A stretch of DNA of 64,000 nucleotides from contig CM022671.1 of NCBI GenBank assembly GCA_012295275.1, positions 22,010,001 through 22,074,000 of the forward strand, in the 5' to 3' direction. Source of the stretch: Chrysomallon squamiferum. Lineage: Eukaryota > Animalia > Mollusca. A program made the translations under genes and the position numbers. Under the pieces are notes generated by a model. The model saw nothing but the letters and a program-made list of their open reading frames with translations, ran no database searches and was not told the DNA's origin. This document shows positions 63,666 to 64,000 of this stretch, piece after piece. How positions within the stretch are numbered: position 1 is the stretch's first letter; every line of letters starts with the position of its first letter.

Positions 63666-64000
63666 AAAAATTATGCTGATTTATTTGGGAGTTATTAAAG
63701 ACTATTAAAGAAATTACCCTGTGTATTAATAAGCGATAGATAATTCTGAAAGAAAGGTATTTGGCGGTTTCCGTTAGAATCATATTCAGAAATAGAAACG
63801 ATAATAAGCTGAAATACGTCTTACATTAGCTACTCATTAAATCATGTCTTATTTATTTTGATATCAGTTGGTTATTACTGTCACTGTTATTTATTTATTT
63901 TATTATCATCATTAATTTTTTTTTTTATTTTTTTTTTTTTAAGAGCTCGTATTTGTTTTAATATTTGTTGTTTAATAGTAATTAGCAAATTGTTTAAGCC

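Noticed and set aside
56300-64000. Search for the upstream RDH exon ending in ...GKTVIIT-G
   Set aside because: No candidate with a suitable peptide and phase-1 donor was found; it probably lies beyond the window

Overview
AT-rich, microsatellite-dense animal genomic DNA. It is probably molluscan (gastropod-like), inferred from a recognisable SINE family and the gene structures. Four intron-containing genes can be reconstructed by hand. (1) A 4-exon fatty-acid-binding protein (FABP/iLBP) gene on the minus strand, 12631->7207, whose last exon has no visible AG acceptor. (2) The H4K20 monomethyltransferase SETD8/KMT5A/PR-Set7 on the minus strand, 24428->21274. (3) Strawberry notch SBNO1 on the plus strand, 26210->44100, with 30 coding exons and one U12-type intron, head-to-head with SETD8 as in human. 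(4) The 3' part of an RDH11-14-like short-chain dehydrogenase on the minus strand, 56294->~54107, with an unusual Pro/Lys/Glu repeat tail. Non-coding structure includes a nested DNA-transposon complex at 1.1-3.8 kb, a ~95%-identical inverted duplication bracketing FABP exons 3-4, a diverged ~520-bp direct duplication, six decayed copies of one SINE family, and a sharp CpG-depletion footprint over SETD8+SBNO1. Two single-base homopolymer frameshifts and the missing acceptor most likely reflect long-read assembly error. No rRNA, tRNA or CRISPR was seen. Most ORF-track entries are microsatellite artefacts.
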